Source of the DNA: a virus
Lineage: Duplodnaviria; Caudoviricetes
Virus record (IMG/VR): IMGVR_UViG_3300009156_000033
Location: 1 to 56,658 of that record
DNA length: 56,658 bases
Direction: 5' to 3' (one strand)
Shown here: in pieces, positions 18,924 through 27,024 of the stretch
Layout: each line of letters opens with the position of its first letter
How positions within the stretch are numbered: position 1 is the first letter of the stretch
Program-made: the position numbers and the translations under genes
Notes under the pieces: generated by a model
The model's input: only the letters and a program-made list of their open reading frames with translations
Told to the model about the DNA's origin: nothing
The model's database searches: none

Positions 18924-20951
18924 TCAAACGGTTTCGAGGAGCGAACACGCAGGCTTCGCAAACTTCGGCATGGGCACGACGGAGGCGAGCAGGTTCGCGC
19001 CGAAGAAGCGGGCGTGGCCGGTGAACACGAAGCGGAGCTGGAATCGCTTGCCGTCGCGCAGCGGGCGATCGTTGATGCCGTCGCAGTCGCCACCGGAGGG
19101 CTTGCCGAAGCCGAGCGGGTCGCGAATCTGCGGCGGGACGGTGCGTACTCGCGAACAGCCGGTGATGGGATCGACGGAGCACGCGACACGGTCGGCGCAG
19201 ACGGCGAAGCGTGTCCAGCGCGTCCAGCATGGGTACTCGTCGGAGCGATAGAGGACTTCCACGTCCACGCGGCCACGCACATCGTAGAGGAACATCTCGC
19301 CGTCTTCGAGGCGTTTGACGATGGGTTTGCGCGGGTCGGAATCGTGGAAGTCGAGCGCGGCGGTCTCCAGCGACCACGTTATTGGGGTCGTATCGTCGTC
19401 GTCGATGGCCGCGCCGTTGTCCGTTGCGGAGGACGGCAGCACTTCCCACAACTCGATGCGCTCGCCGCCGTAGAGGACGAAGGCGAAGGCGCGTTCGACG
19501 CCGTTGAAGTTGCCCTTGACGAACTGGAGGACCTCGATGGCGCTGTTGACGCTGTCCCACACGGACGGGAGCTTGCCGCGAATCGAGCTGAGGACGTCGA
19601 AGTCGAGCGCTGCCCAACCGCGATGCCCAACGCCGTGCTGGGTGAAGAAGGGCGACAGCGACATGAGCAGGCGATTGTCGAACACGACGGCGGTGGAGTA
19701 GCCGAGCAGGGCCGGGTCGTCGAGGGGCATGGTCGCGTTGAGCTCGCGCGACAGTGGCACGTTGCCCCAGGTGGCAAACTCGCGCCGGCCGAGGATGAGG
19801 GACCGGACGCCGTCGCGGGAGCGATAGAAGACGTCGCCGTTCGCCAGCACCGTCGAATACTGCGACAAGCCGCCGGACTCGACCTGCGACACGGTGAGGA
19901 TCGGGTTCGTCACCGTCGCCCAATCCGCCGTCAGCGTCGGCGCGTTACAGGAGAAGATGACCTGCGGCGTGAAGATTTGGACCGGGCCTTGGCCGAGCGA
20001 CGCGTCGAGGGTCGGCGTGCCGATAATCGCGGTGATGTCGCCGACCGCGCCGGGCACGTAGAAGACCTTGTTCGTGGCGAGGTACGTGTTCTCCGTCACA
20101 TGGAGGACGGCGTCGCGGAATTGGAAGGCGGCGGTGCCGGACGCGCCGCCAACGGCGTCCCCGGCTAGGAAGGTGCGCCCGTCAGGACCGGCCTGCCACA
20201 CGCGCCCGAGCCAGTAGGTGCCCATGCGGGCGATCGGGAGCTCCGGGTTCGGACCGACGAGCACGCTGCGACGCGACGTGGCGCCGTCGAAGAACAACGG
20301 GACGCTCTGGCCGTCGTTGACGATCATCCACTTCTCGGCCTGCCACATCCACGCCTGCGTGCGCGACGCCGGGTTGACGTCCCAAAAGGTGAGGACGGCA
20401 CCGGCGGCGACAAGGTTGCCTGCAACGTCGTCCACGTTCTCGACGGTGAGGACCGTCGGAGAATCCACCGACACAACGACGTAGTTAGCGCTGCCGATTT
20501 TGATTTCATAGCCTGCGGCGATGTTGACCGTGGTGAGGACGGTGATGGTGACGTTCGCGCCTTGGGCGGGGACGGCGAACCCGACCTGCACGATGGTGCT
20601 TTGCGTGATGGTGACTTCGCGAACCGCGACGTTCTTGCCCGCTCCAGGCGTGAACTGGAACAGGCGCCCGCCGATGGAGGCAAGGAGCGACCCGGTGCCC
20701 GCGTCGCTGCGATAGTAACCGGAGCCTTGGAAGCGCCCGCCCTGTTGCCGGGCTTGGAGCACGGCATCGCCGCCCCAGTCGAGCGTCATCTTGCGATTGG
20801 TTTGGCGCGGCGAAGCGAAGCCACCGCGGACCGTCGCGTTCGTGGCATAAGCGAGCGTTGTGCGCGGCAGGAGCGCGGGCAGTGCGCCGCTGTTGAAGCC
20901 GTCGGGGAAGCCGCCGAGCGAGTCGAACAGGTATGGCGGCTTGTCGGCCAT
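18924..20951 (-). CDS. Tail tubular B / P22 gp10-like stabilisation (nozzle) protein
   Basis: 675 aa, beta-rich, position in a short-tail module; assignment by size and position. Confidence 0.55.
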   Translation of the reverse strand: MADKPPYLFDSLGGFPDGFNSGALPALLPRTTLAYATNATVRGGFASPRQTNRKMTLDWGGDAVLQARQQGGRFQGSGYYRSDAGTGSLLASIGGRLFQFTPGAGKNVAVREVTITQSTIVQVGFAVPAQGANVTITVLTTVNIAAGYEIKIGSANYVVVSVDSPTVLTVENVDDVAGNLVAAGAVLTFWDVNPASRTQAWMWQAEKWMIVNDGQSVPLFFDGATSRRSVLVGPNPELPIARMGTYWLGRVWQAGPDGRTFLAGDAVGGASGTAAFQFRDAVLHVTENTYLATNKVFYVPGAVGDITAIIGTPTLDASLGQGPVQIFTPQVIFSCNAPTLTADWATVTNPILTVSQVESGGLSQYSTVLANGDVFYRSRDGVRSLILGRREFATWGNVPLSRELNATMPLDDPALLGYSTAVVFDNRLLMSLSPFFTQHGVGHRGWAALDFDVLSSIRGKLPSVWDSVNSAIEVLQFVKGNFNGVERAFAFVLYGGERIELWEVLPSSATDNGAAIDDDDTTPITWSLETAALDFHDSDPRKPIVKRLEDGEMFLYDVRGRVDVEVLYRSDEYPCWTRWTRFAVCADRVACSVDPITGCSRVRTVPPQIRDPLGFGKPSGGDCDGINDRPLRDGKRFQLRFVFTGHARFFGANLLASVVPMPKFAKPACSLLETV

Positions 20952-20954
20952 GAG

Positions 20955-21248
20955 TTAGACGAGCGTGTCCATCACCTCAAGGGTCCGCAGCCACGCCGCT
21001 CGCGTCTTGAAGTAAATCTCCATCGTGGTGCTGCCGCCGCGTGCGTCGACGAGGTAGATGTCCATGCCGTAGAGCGACGTGTCGTCCTTGTAGGCGTACA
21101 GGCCGCGAAAGTCGAGCTGGTTGAAGCAGAAGAACAGCACGCCGGAGATGTAGATGCGCACGCGCCCGTTGTAGATGCGGGCCGTGTACTCCTGCGGGAC
21201 GGGCGTGCCGTTGCGCGCCGTCGCGAGGCTGGGAGCGGTGCGTGTCAT
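20955..21248 (-). CDS. Hypothetical protein
   Basis: 97-aa ORF (MTRTAPSLA...) coupled by ATGA overlap. Confidence 0.6.
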   Translation of the reverse strand: MTRTAPSLATARNGTPVPQEYTARIYNGRVRIYISGVLFFCFNQLDFRGLYAYKDDTSLYGMDIYLVDARGGSTTMEIYFKTRAAWLRTLEVMDTLV

Positions 21249-22078
21249 GCGTGGAGATACACTGCGACGATTTCCGCCTCGGCGATGTCGATTGAGCCCG
21301 CGGTGGGCTCCACGTCGATCTGCGCCATCATTTCGATGATGTCGGTCGCGACGGCGGTGACGTACTGGACGGGCGGGAAGGTGACGAAGTGCGCCGTGTA
21401 GGTCTTGGTTGTGATGATGTCCGTCGAGAAGCCCGCCGTCGAGTTGGTGACGTCCGCCGGCGCGTTGTTCTGCCGGTGGAGCTTGAGGTTGACGGCGCGA
21501 ACGGCGGCGAACGTGGCACCCGTATAATCGACGCGGGCGCGGGCGTAGAGCATCCATGTGCCGGCGGTCGTCAGCGTGATTTGCTGTGCGCCGGACGTCG
21601 CGAACGTGACGAGCGCGTAGCCAGCGTCCTGAATCTGGTAATTGCCGCCGGCCGCGTTGGCGTACTTGGAGATGGCGTCGATGGCGGGCAGGGATGGTGC
21701 GGCGGGCTGCCAGCCGCTCGGCGTCACGATTGCGCCCGCGGCGATGATGTTGCCGGCGTTGACGTTCGCCTCCCAAGCCGGGTAAACGACCTGCACATGG
21801 GTCGAATCGACGATGGCGCTGACGAGGAAGAACAGGCCGCCCGGGATGAACAACGGCTCGCCCACGGCCATCCACGACGTATCGGCGACCTCGACGGTGA
21901 CGGGCGTGGCGCCGTCGGCGGGCGGGATGGTGAAGTCGTCAGTCGTGACGGTGAAGGCGCTGACGCCGTTGGTACCGTCGGTGCCGTCGGTGCCAGCGGG
22001 CCCTTCGACGCCCGGGACGTTGACGGTCTCGGTCTCGGGACACGGACACGGCGAGCAGCAGTCGGTCAAGCCAATCAT
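21245..22078 (-). CDS. Virion structural protein with short collagen-like stretch
   Basis: CCSPCPCP N-terminus and GVEGPAGTDGTDGTNG; first gene of the leftward structural operon. Confidence 0.6.
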   Translation of the reverse strand: MIGLTDCCSPCPCPETETVNVPGVEGPAGTDGTDGTNGVSAFTVTTDDFTIPPADGATPVTVEVADTSWMAVGEPLFIPGGLFFLVSAIVDSTHVQVVYPAWEANVNAGNIIAAGAIVTPSGWQPAAPSLPAIDAISKYANAAGGNYQIQDAGYALVTFATSGAQQITLTTAGTWMLYARARVDYTGATFAAVRAVNLKLHRQNNAPADVTNSTAGFSTDIITTKTYTAHFVTFPPVQYVTAVATDIIEMMAQIDVEPTAGSIDIAEAEIVAVYLHA

Positions 22079-22111
22079 AGGGCGCCTTTCGTTGGCCCGG
22101 ACGTTCCGGGG

Positions 22112-22141
22112 TTGTCACACTCAATAAGCCCTTGGTAGGTT
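22112..22141 (+). promoter_or_regulatory. Promoter of terL, predicted leaderless
   Basis: TTGTCA-18-TAGGTT (extended TG) 7 nt before ATG 22149; overlaps a divergent TTGACG at 22144-22149. Confidence 0.55.
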
Positions 22142-22148
22142 CGCGTCA

Positions 22149-23924
22149 ATGGCTCAAGCGCAATCGTTCGAGAAGTACGGCCTGCACTGGAAGCGCGGCA
22201 CGCCGTTGTGGGACTTGGAGCGTTACATGATAAAGCAGGGGCGCGACCTGTTCACGCACTACCGGGAGCTGCACCGGGCGCTGTGGCCGGATCACAGCGA
22301 GCACAAGTGGACGGAGCTTGTGCTGCGCGAGTTCACCGACTGCATCGAGAAGCGCGGGCGCGGGATGGTGGGGTTGATCGGACCGGCGAGCACGGGCAAG
22401 ACCTACAACGCGGCGAAGTTCGCGCTGGCGCACTACTACGTGTATCCCGAGGAGACGACGGTGCTGCTGACGACGACGACGGTGCAGAAGCTGGACCTGA
22501 ACATATTCGCGGAAGTGAAGTCGATGCACGCGGCGGCGAAGGAGCGGCACCCGGAGCTGCCGGGGCGGGTGCTGGACTACAAGCGGAGCATCACGACGGA
22601 GGGCGAGGAGGGCGAGGGGCGCGACTTCCGCAACGGCATCATCGGCATCGCGTGCTACAAGGGGACGCAGTGGATCGGGATTGGACCGTTCGTGGGCATC
22701 AAGAACAAGTGGGTGTTCCTGATCGCGGACGAGGCGAGCCTGTGCGACATCAGCTATCTGCGTGCGACCTCGAACTTGGACAAGAACGAGCGGTTCTTCT
22801 TCGTGCCCATCGGCAACCCGGTCAACGGCGAGCATACGCCGCTGGGGCAGTCGTGCGAGCCGGTCGCCGGGTGGGCGAGCGTGAAGGACATCACGGCGAC
22901 GACGGTATGGGACACGAAGTATCCGAAGGGCCGGTGCATCAACTTCGTCGGGACGGACTCGCCGAACTTCAACGACGAGGGCGTGCGGTACCCGTTCCTG
23001 ATCGACCAGGAGCGCATCGACTCGACGCTCAAGTTCTACGGGCCGCACAGCGAGGAGTTCGCGGCCATGTGCATAGGGGTGATGCGCCCCGGCGAAGACT
23101 CGCAGCGCGTGCTCACCAAGCAACTGTGCGACATCCACAAGGCGTTCGAGAAAGCGCGTTGGAAGGGCGTAGCGCGGACGAAGGTGTATGCGATCGACGC
23201 GGCGTACGGGGGCGATCGCTGCGTAGGAGGGTGGATCGAGTTTGGCGAGGACGACGACGGACGGCAGATTGTGCGGGTCGATACGCCGCACGTCATCAAG
23301 GTCGGCATGAAACGGGGCGCGGAGCCCGAGGACGAGATCGCGGTGCATGTTCGGGACGAGTGCCTCGAACTTGGCATCCCGGTCGAGAACGTGTTCTACG
23401 ACTCGACGGGGCGCGGGACGCTTGGGGCGGCGTTCGCGCGGGTGTATGGCGCGACGATTCCGGTGCCGGTCGAGTTCGGCGGTCGGCCGACGCAGCGCCC
23501 GGTGCGCCTCGACCTCTACGTTGTGGACAGGAACGGCGAACGGCGGCTCAAGCGCTGCGACGAGGAGTACGGCAAGCGGGTGAGCGAGTTCTGGTTCGCG
23601 GTCCGGTGGCTCGTCGAGAGCGAGCAGCTTCGCGAACTGCCTGAGAGCGTCGCACGCGAGTTCTTTATGAGGGAGTGGGGGTTCGTGGCCGGCAACAAGC
23701 GCGACGTCGAGCCGAAGGACAAGACGAAGCAGCGCATCGGCAGGTCGCCGGACGAGGCGGACTGGCTCGCAACGGCCGTGGAAGGCGCACGGCAGCGCGG
23801 GCTTCAGATCGCCAAGCTGGGCGCCGACAAGTTCGTCGAGGGCGGCGGAAAGAGCTGGCTCAGCGACCTGAACGAGCGCCACAGGAAGCTGATCCAATCC
23901 ATGCGCTTGAAGACTGCAGCTTGA
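22149..23924 (+). CDS. terL: Terminase large subunit
   Basis: Walker A GPASTGKT, Walker B LIADEAS, coupling motif IGNP, nuclease motifs AIDAAYGGDRC, YDSTGRG, SPDEAD. Confidence 0.9.
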   Translation: MAQAQSFEKYGLHWKRGTPLWDLERYMIKQGRDLFTHYRELHRALWPDHSEHKWTELVLREFTDCIEKRGRGMVGLIGPASTGKTYNAAKFALAHYYVYPEETTVLLTTTTVQKLDLNIFAEVKSMHAAAKERHPELPGRVLDYKRSITTEGEEGEGRDFRNGIIGIACYKGTQWIGIGPFVGIKNKWVFLIADEASLCDISYLRATSNLDKNERFFFVPIGNPVNGEHTPLGQSCEPVAGWASVKDITATTVWDTKYPKGRCINFVGTDSPNFNDEGVRYPFLIDQERIDSTLKFYGPHSEEFAAMCIGVMRPGEDSQRVLTKQLCDIHKAFEKARWKGVARTKVYAIDAAYGGDRCVGGWIEFGEDDDGRQIVRVDTPHVIKVGMKRGAEPEDEIAVHVRDECLELGIPVENVFYDSTGRGTLGAAFARVYGATIPVPVEFGGRPTQRPVRLDLYVVDRNGERRLKRCDEEYGKRVSEFWFAVRWLVESEQLRELPESVAREFFMREWGFVAGNKRDVEPKDKTKQRIGRSPDEADWLATAVEGARQRGLQIAKLGADKFVEGGGKSWLSDLNERHRKLIQSMRLKTAA

Positions 23925-24062
23925 CCTTGGTGGGCGAACGCGCATACTCGCATCACGCTTGCGTGTAGCGTGAAGAACAAACCTCTTTGCCCGTCGCTGT
24001 GTGATTGCGGCCTTCTCCCGGTTGGCCGACACGACTTTTGCACGACGGCGGGCTTCCTACTT

Positions 24063-24599
24063 ATGTCCATGCGCTCTTACACCATCGAAAGCACAATCAC
24101 ACAATTCTGGTCGTGCCGTGTCGTCGTCCAACGAAACTATGAAACGCCTTGTTGGGAGTGGACAAAAAGCCGGAACCGCTGTGGTTACGGTCGCGTCTGT
24201 CGGCAATGCGTTCCGGGATTCAACTTAGTTCATCGCCTTGCGTGGAGATTAGCCTATGGCGACTTCGACCCAGCGCTAAAAATCCTGCACCGCTGCGACA
24301 ACCCGCCTTGCTTCCGCCCATCGCACTTGTTTAAGGGGACGCAGGAAGACAACGGAATCGACGCGGCTGCGAAGGGGAGAGCGGCGTTCGCTAAGATCGC
24401 TCCACAAGACGTTCTGGAAGTGCGCAGGCTCTACCAACTCGGCGAAATTACCCAACGCGAGCTTGGTTTACTGTTCGATTTGGCAGAGACGCAGGTGTGG
24501 GCGATTGTCAACGGGCGCTGCTGGAAAGGGCTTCTTACGGCCTACGACAAGCGTTGCATCGAGGCTCGCAAAGGAAAGCACTGGAAGACGGCTGCTTGA
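24063..24599 (+). CDS. HNH homing endonuclease with C-terminal HTH
   Basis: CWEW...GYG...VHRLAW...LHRCDNPPCFRPSHLFKGTQEDN; alternative GTG start at 23970. Confidence 0.9.
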   Translation: MSMRSYTIESTITQFWSCRVVVQRNYETPCWEWTKSRNRCGYGRVCRQCVPGFNLVHRLAWRLAYGDFDPALKILHRCDNPPCFRPSHLFKGTQEDNGIDAAAKGRAAFAKIAPQDVLEVRRLYQLGEITQRELGLLFDLAETQVWAIVNGRCWKGLLTAYDKRCIEARKGKHWKTAA

Positions 24600-24629
24600 C
24601 TCCGTCCGCGAAAGGGGCGACAAGGCGAC

Positions 24630-25286
24630 ATGGCACTTCGCACTCTGACGACGGTACCGCCCGGTGGGTGGCGCTTGGAGCAGACGCTTCCCGACGGCAC
24701 CGTTAAGAAGTGGCAGAGCATGGGCCTCGTGTGGGAGTTCGCCGAAGGCATCGCGGACTTTCGCAAGGGCAACGGTCTGCCGAATGCGACGGCGAAGGAG
24801 GTTGTGTATGAAATCGAGGAGCAGACGTGTGCACGGCTGCACGACGACCCGAACTGGTGCATAAAAAAAAAGACCAGCGAACTGCGTCCAGCCGCCCGCC
24901 TGTTCGCAAGTGCAAGAGCTGCGGCGGGAGACGGGCGTAGAATCCTCATCGACTGGCTTGGAGCAGGCGCAGTCCCGGTCCCCATCGCCGTGGCGCAGGC
25001 TCGTGCGAACGTGTGCTTCACTTGTCCGCAGAATCGCGAAGGCCATCGGTGGCTCAGGCTGACGGCGGACGCGGTGCGGGCGATTGCGGAGCAGATGAAC
25101 GCGAAGGATGAGCTCAAGCTGCGCGTGGAGGGCGAGGAGAAGCTGCACGCGTGCGCGGTGTGCGCCTGTCCGCTGCCGCTCAAGGTGCACGTGCCGCTGG
25201 CGACGATACTGGCGCACACGGACGCGGACACGCTCGCCGCATTCCCCAGCTACTGCTGGTTAACGACGGAACGACAACAACTATGA
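24630..25286 (+). CDS. Cys-rich hypothetical protein with probable -1 frameshift isoform
   Basis: PPGGW motif, CFTCPQN and CAVCACPL; A9G run at 24863-24872. Confidence 0.7.
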   Translation: MALRTLTTVPPGGWRLEQTLPDGTVKKWQSMGLVWEFAEGIADFRKGNGLPNATAKEVVYEIEEQTCARLHDDPNWCIKKKTSELRPAARLFASARAAAGDGRRILIDWLGAGAVPVPIAVAQARANVCFTCPQNREGHRWLRLTADAVRAIAEQMNAKDELKLRVEGEEKLHACAVCACPLPLKVHVPLATILAHTDADTLAAFPSYCWLTTERQQL

Positions 25287-26317
25287 CGACACCCTTACTC
25301 GTGGTGCTGCCGGTGCACGGCGGCGACGTGGACAACGCCGAAGCGTTGCTGCGCTGGATTGCGGAACTGGGCAACGTGCAGACGCACTCGCTGCTGGTCG
25401 CGGCGGACAACGCGCTGCCCGTCGATAGGGCGAAGGCGCTGGGGGACATGGGCAGGCCGCACTTCCACAGCGTCACCATCATCAGCGTGCCGACGGGCGC
25501 GAAGGGGTGGCCGCTCGCCGCCAATTTGATGTTCAGAGCGGTGGCGCGGCAGATCATGGCGAGCTTCAAGCTGCCGTTCCTGTGGTGCGAGGCGGACGCC
25601 GTGCCGCTCAAGGCGAGCTGGCTCGATGACATCGCCGAAGCCTATCGGCTGTGTCCGAAGCCGTTCATGGGCGCGTTGCTCGACAACGACGTGGCGCTGG
25701 AGAATTTGCCGAGGCGGTACATGGCAGGGGTCGGCGTCTATCCGCAGGACACGTTCGGCGTGCTGAACGACCTGTGGAAGGACGCGAAGTTCACCGGACC
25801 GAGCAAGCCGGGCATGCACCCGAACGCCGTGACGTCGGGGGTCGGCGCATGGGACATGACCGGGGCGCACATTGTCGTGCCGCGAGCGAAGAACACGCCG
25901 CTCATTTCGCACTTCTGGGGGACGAGCTACTCGGGCGGCGGCGTCCCCATCTATCGTGCGTCGCGCACCGAGGCCGACCCGCCGAACACGGTGTTGCTCG
26001 ACGCGATACCCAAGGACGCGGTGCTGCGGCACCGGATCAAGGACGTGGCCGGGTTCGTGGATATGTGGCGCGTGCGCCTGGAGGCGGCGAAGCCGGAGCT
26101 GGCGACGCCGGGCGGCGTGGTGCCGCTCGCGGGGCACCTGCCCGAGACGCAACCTGGCCCTGCCAATGCGAACTGGCGCGGCGGAAGCAGCCCGGAAGCG
26201 GACAAGGAACGGCGTCGCGCAAAGGCGGAGGAATCCAAGGCGTACCTCGCCGAGTCCAGGCGCATCGCGGCGGAGCGACGCTCCGGCGCAAAGCAGGCTG
26301 AACCTGCCAGCGTATGA
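25283..26317 (+). CDS. Putative GT-A glycosyltransferase-like protein
   Basis: LLVVLPVH start strand and FLWCEADAVPL (ExD) motif; ATGA coupling on both sides. Confidence 0.45.
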   Translation: MTTPLLVVLPVHGGDVDNAEALLRWIAELGNVQTHSLLVAADNALPVDRAKALGDMGRPHFHSVTIISVPTGAKGWPLAANLMFRAVARQIMASFKLPFLWCEADAVPLKASWLDDIAEAYRLCPKPFMGALLDNDVALENLPRRYMAGVGVYPQDTFGVLNDLWKDAKFTGPSKPGMHPNAVTSGVGAWDMTGAHIVVPRAKNTPLISHFWGTSYSGGGVPIYRASRTEADPPNTVLLDAIPKDAVLRHRIKDVAGFVDMWRVRLEAAKPELATPGGVVPLAGHLPETQPGPANANWRGGSSPEADKERRRAKAEESKAYLAESRRIAAERRSGAKQAEPASV

Positions 26318-27024
26318 GCAGGAACGTTAAACGTTCGGCGCACGAGCGAGCGCTTCACCTAGCTAGCTATCATCGGTGCATGGCTGCCATGACGCCGGAG
26401 CAACGAGCTGCGGACAAGGCGAAGAAGTACGCCTACCAACGAGCCTATGTGGAACGCAATCGCGAGATGGTTCGCAAGAAGTACAAGGACAACTATGCAA
26501 GACAACGCGAGCTTAAGAAGGCGAAGGCTGCGGAGGCTCGGCAACGGATGCGAGACAATCCTGAGTTGCGAGCGCGTTACAACGCCGCTGTAAAAGCTCG
26601 CCTCAGTGCCAACGGAGGGGCCAAACGCCGAGCCGCAAGCCTTCAACAACGCCTATGGCGAGCGAAGAACGCAGAGCGCGTGAAGGCGAAGCAAGCAGCA
26701 TACTACAGGAAGCACCGCGAGCGTTACTACGTTGCGGTACGTGCGCGGAAAGCGTTAAAGAAAGCCGCCGCTGTCAACCTGCGGGGGATGCGTGCCTTCG
26801 TCAAAGCTATCAAATCGAAGCCGTTTGCGACTTGCTACTATTGCCAAGCACGAACGCCCACTGCAGACGTTCATTTCGATCACATCGTGGCGTTGTCGAA
26901 AGGCGGGGCACACTCAGTTGAGAACCTATGCGTGTCATGCTCAGCGTGCAACTTAAGCAAGGGCGCAAAGCCACTCGCTGAATGGACCCGCGAAGCCGTC
27001 ACGCAACAGTTGCTACCTCTATGA
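26314..27024 (+). CDS. HNH endonuclease
   Basis: Basic helical N-terminus; CYYC...HFDHIVALSKGGAHSVENLCVSCSACNLSKG. Confidence 0.9.
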   Translation: MSRNVKRSAHERALHLASYHRCMAAMTPEQRAADKAKKYAYQRAYVERNREMVRKKYKDNYARQRELKKAKAAEARQRMRDNPELRARYNAAVKARLSANGGAKRRAASLQQRLWRAKNAERVKAKQAAYYRKHRERYYVAVRARKALKKAAAVNLRGMRAFVKAIKSKPFATCYYCQARTPTADVHFDHIVALSKGGAHSVENLCVSCSACNLSKGAKPLAEWTREAVTQQLLPL

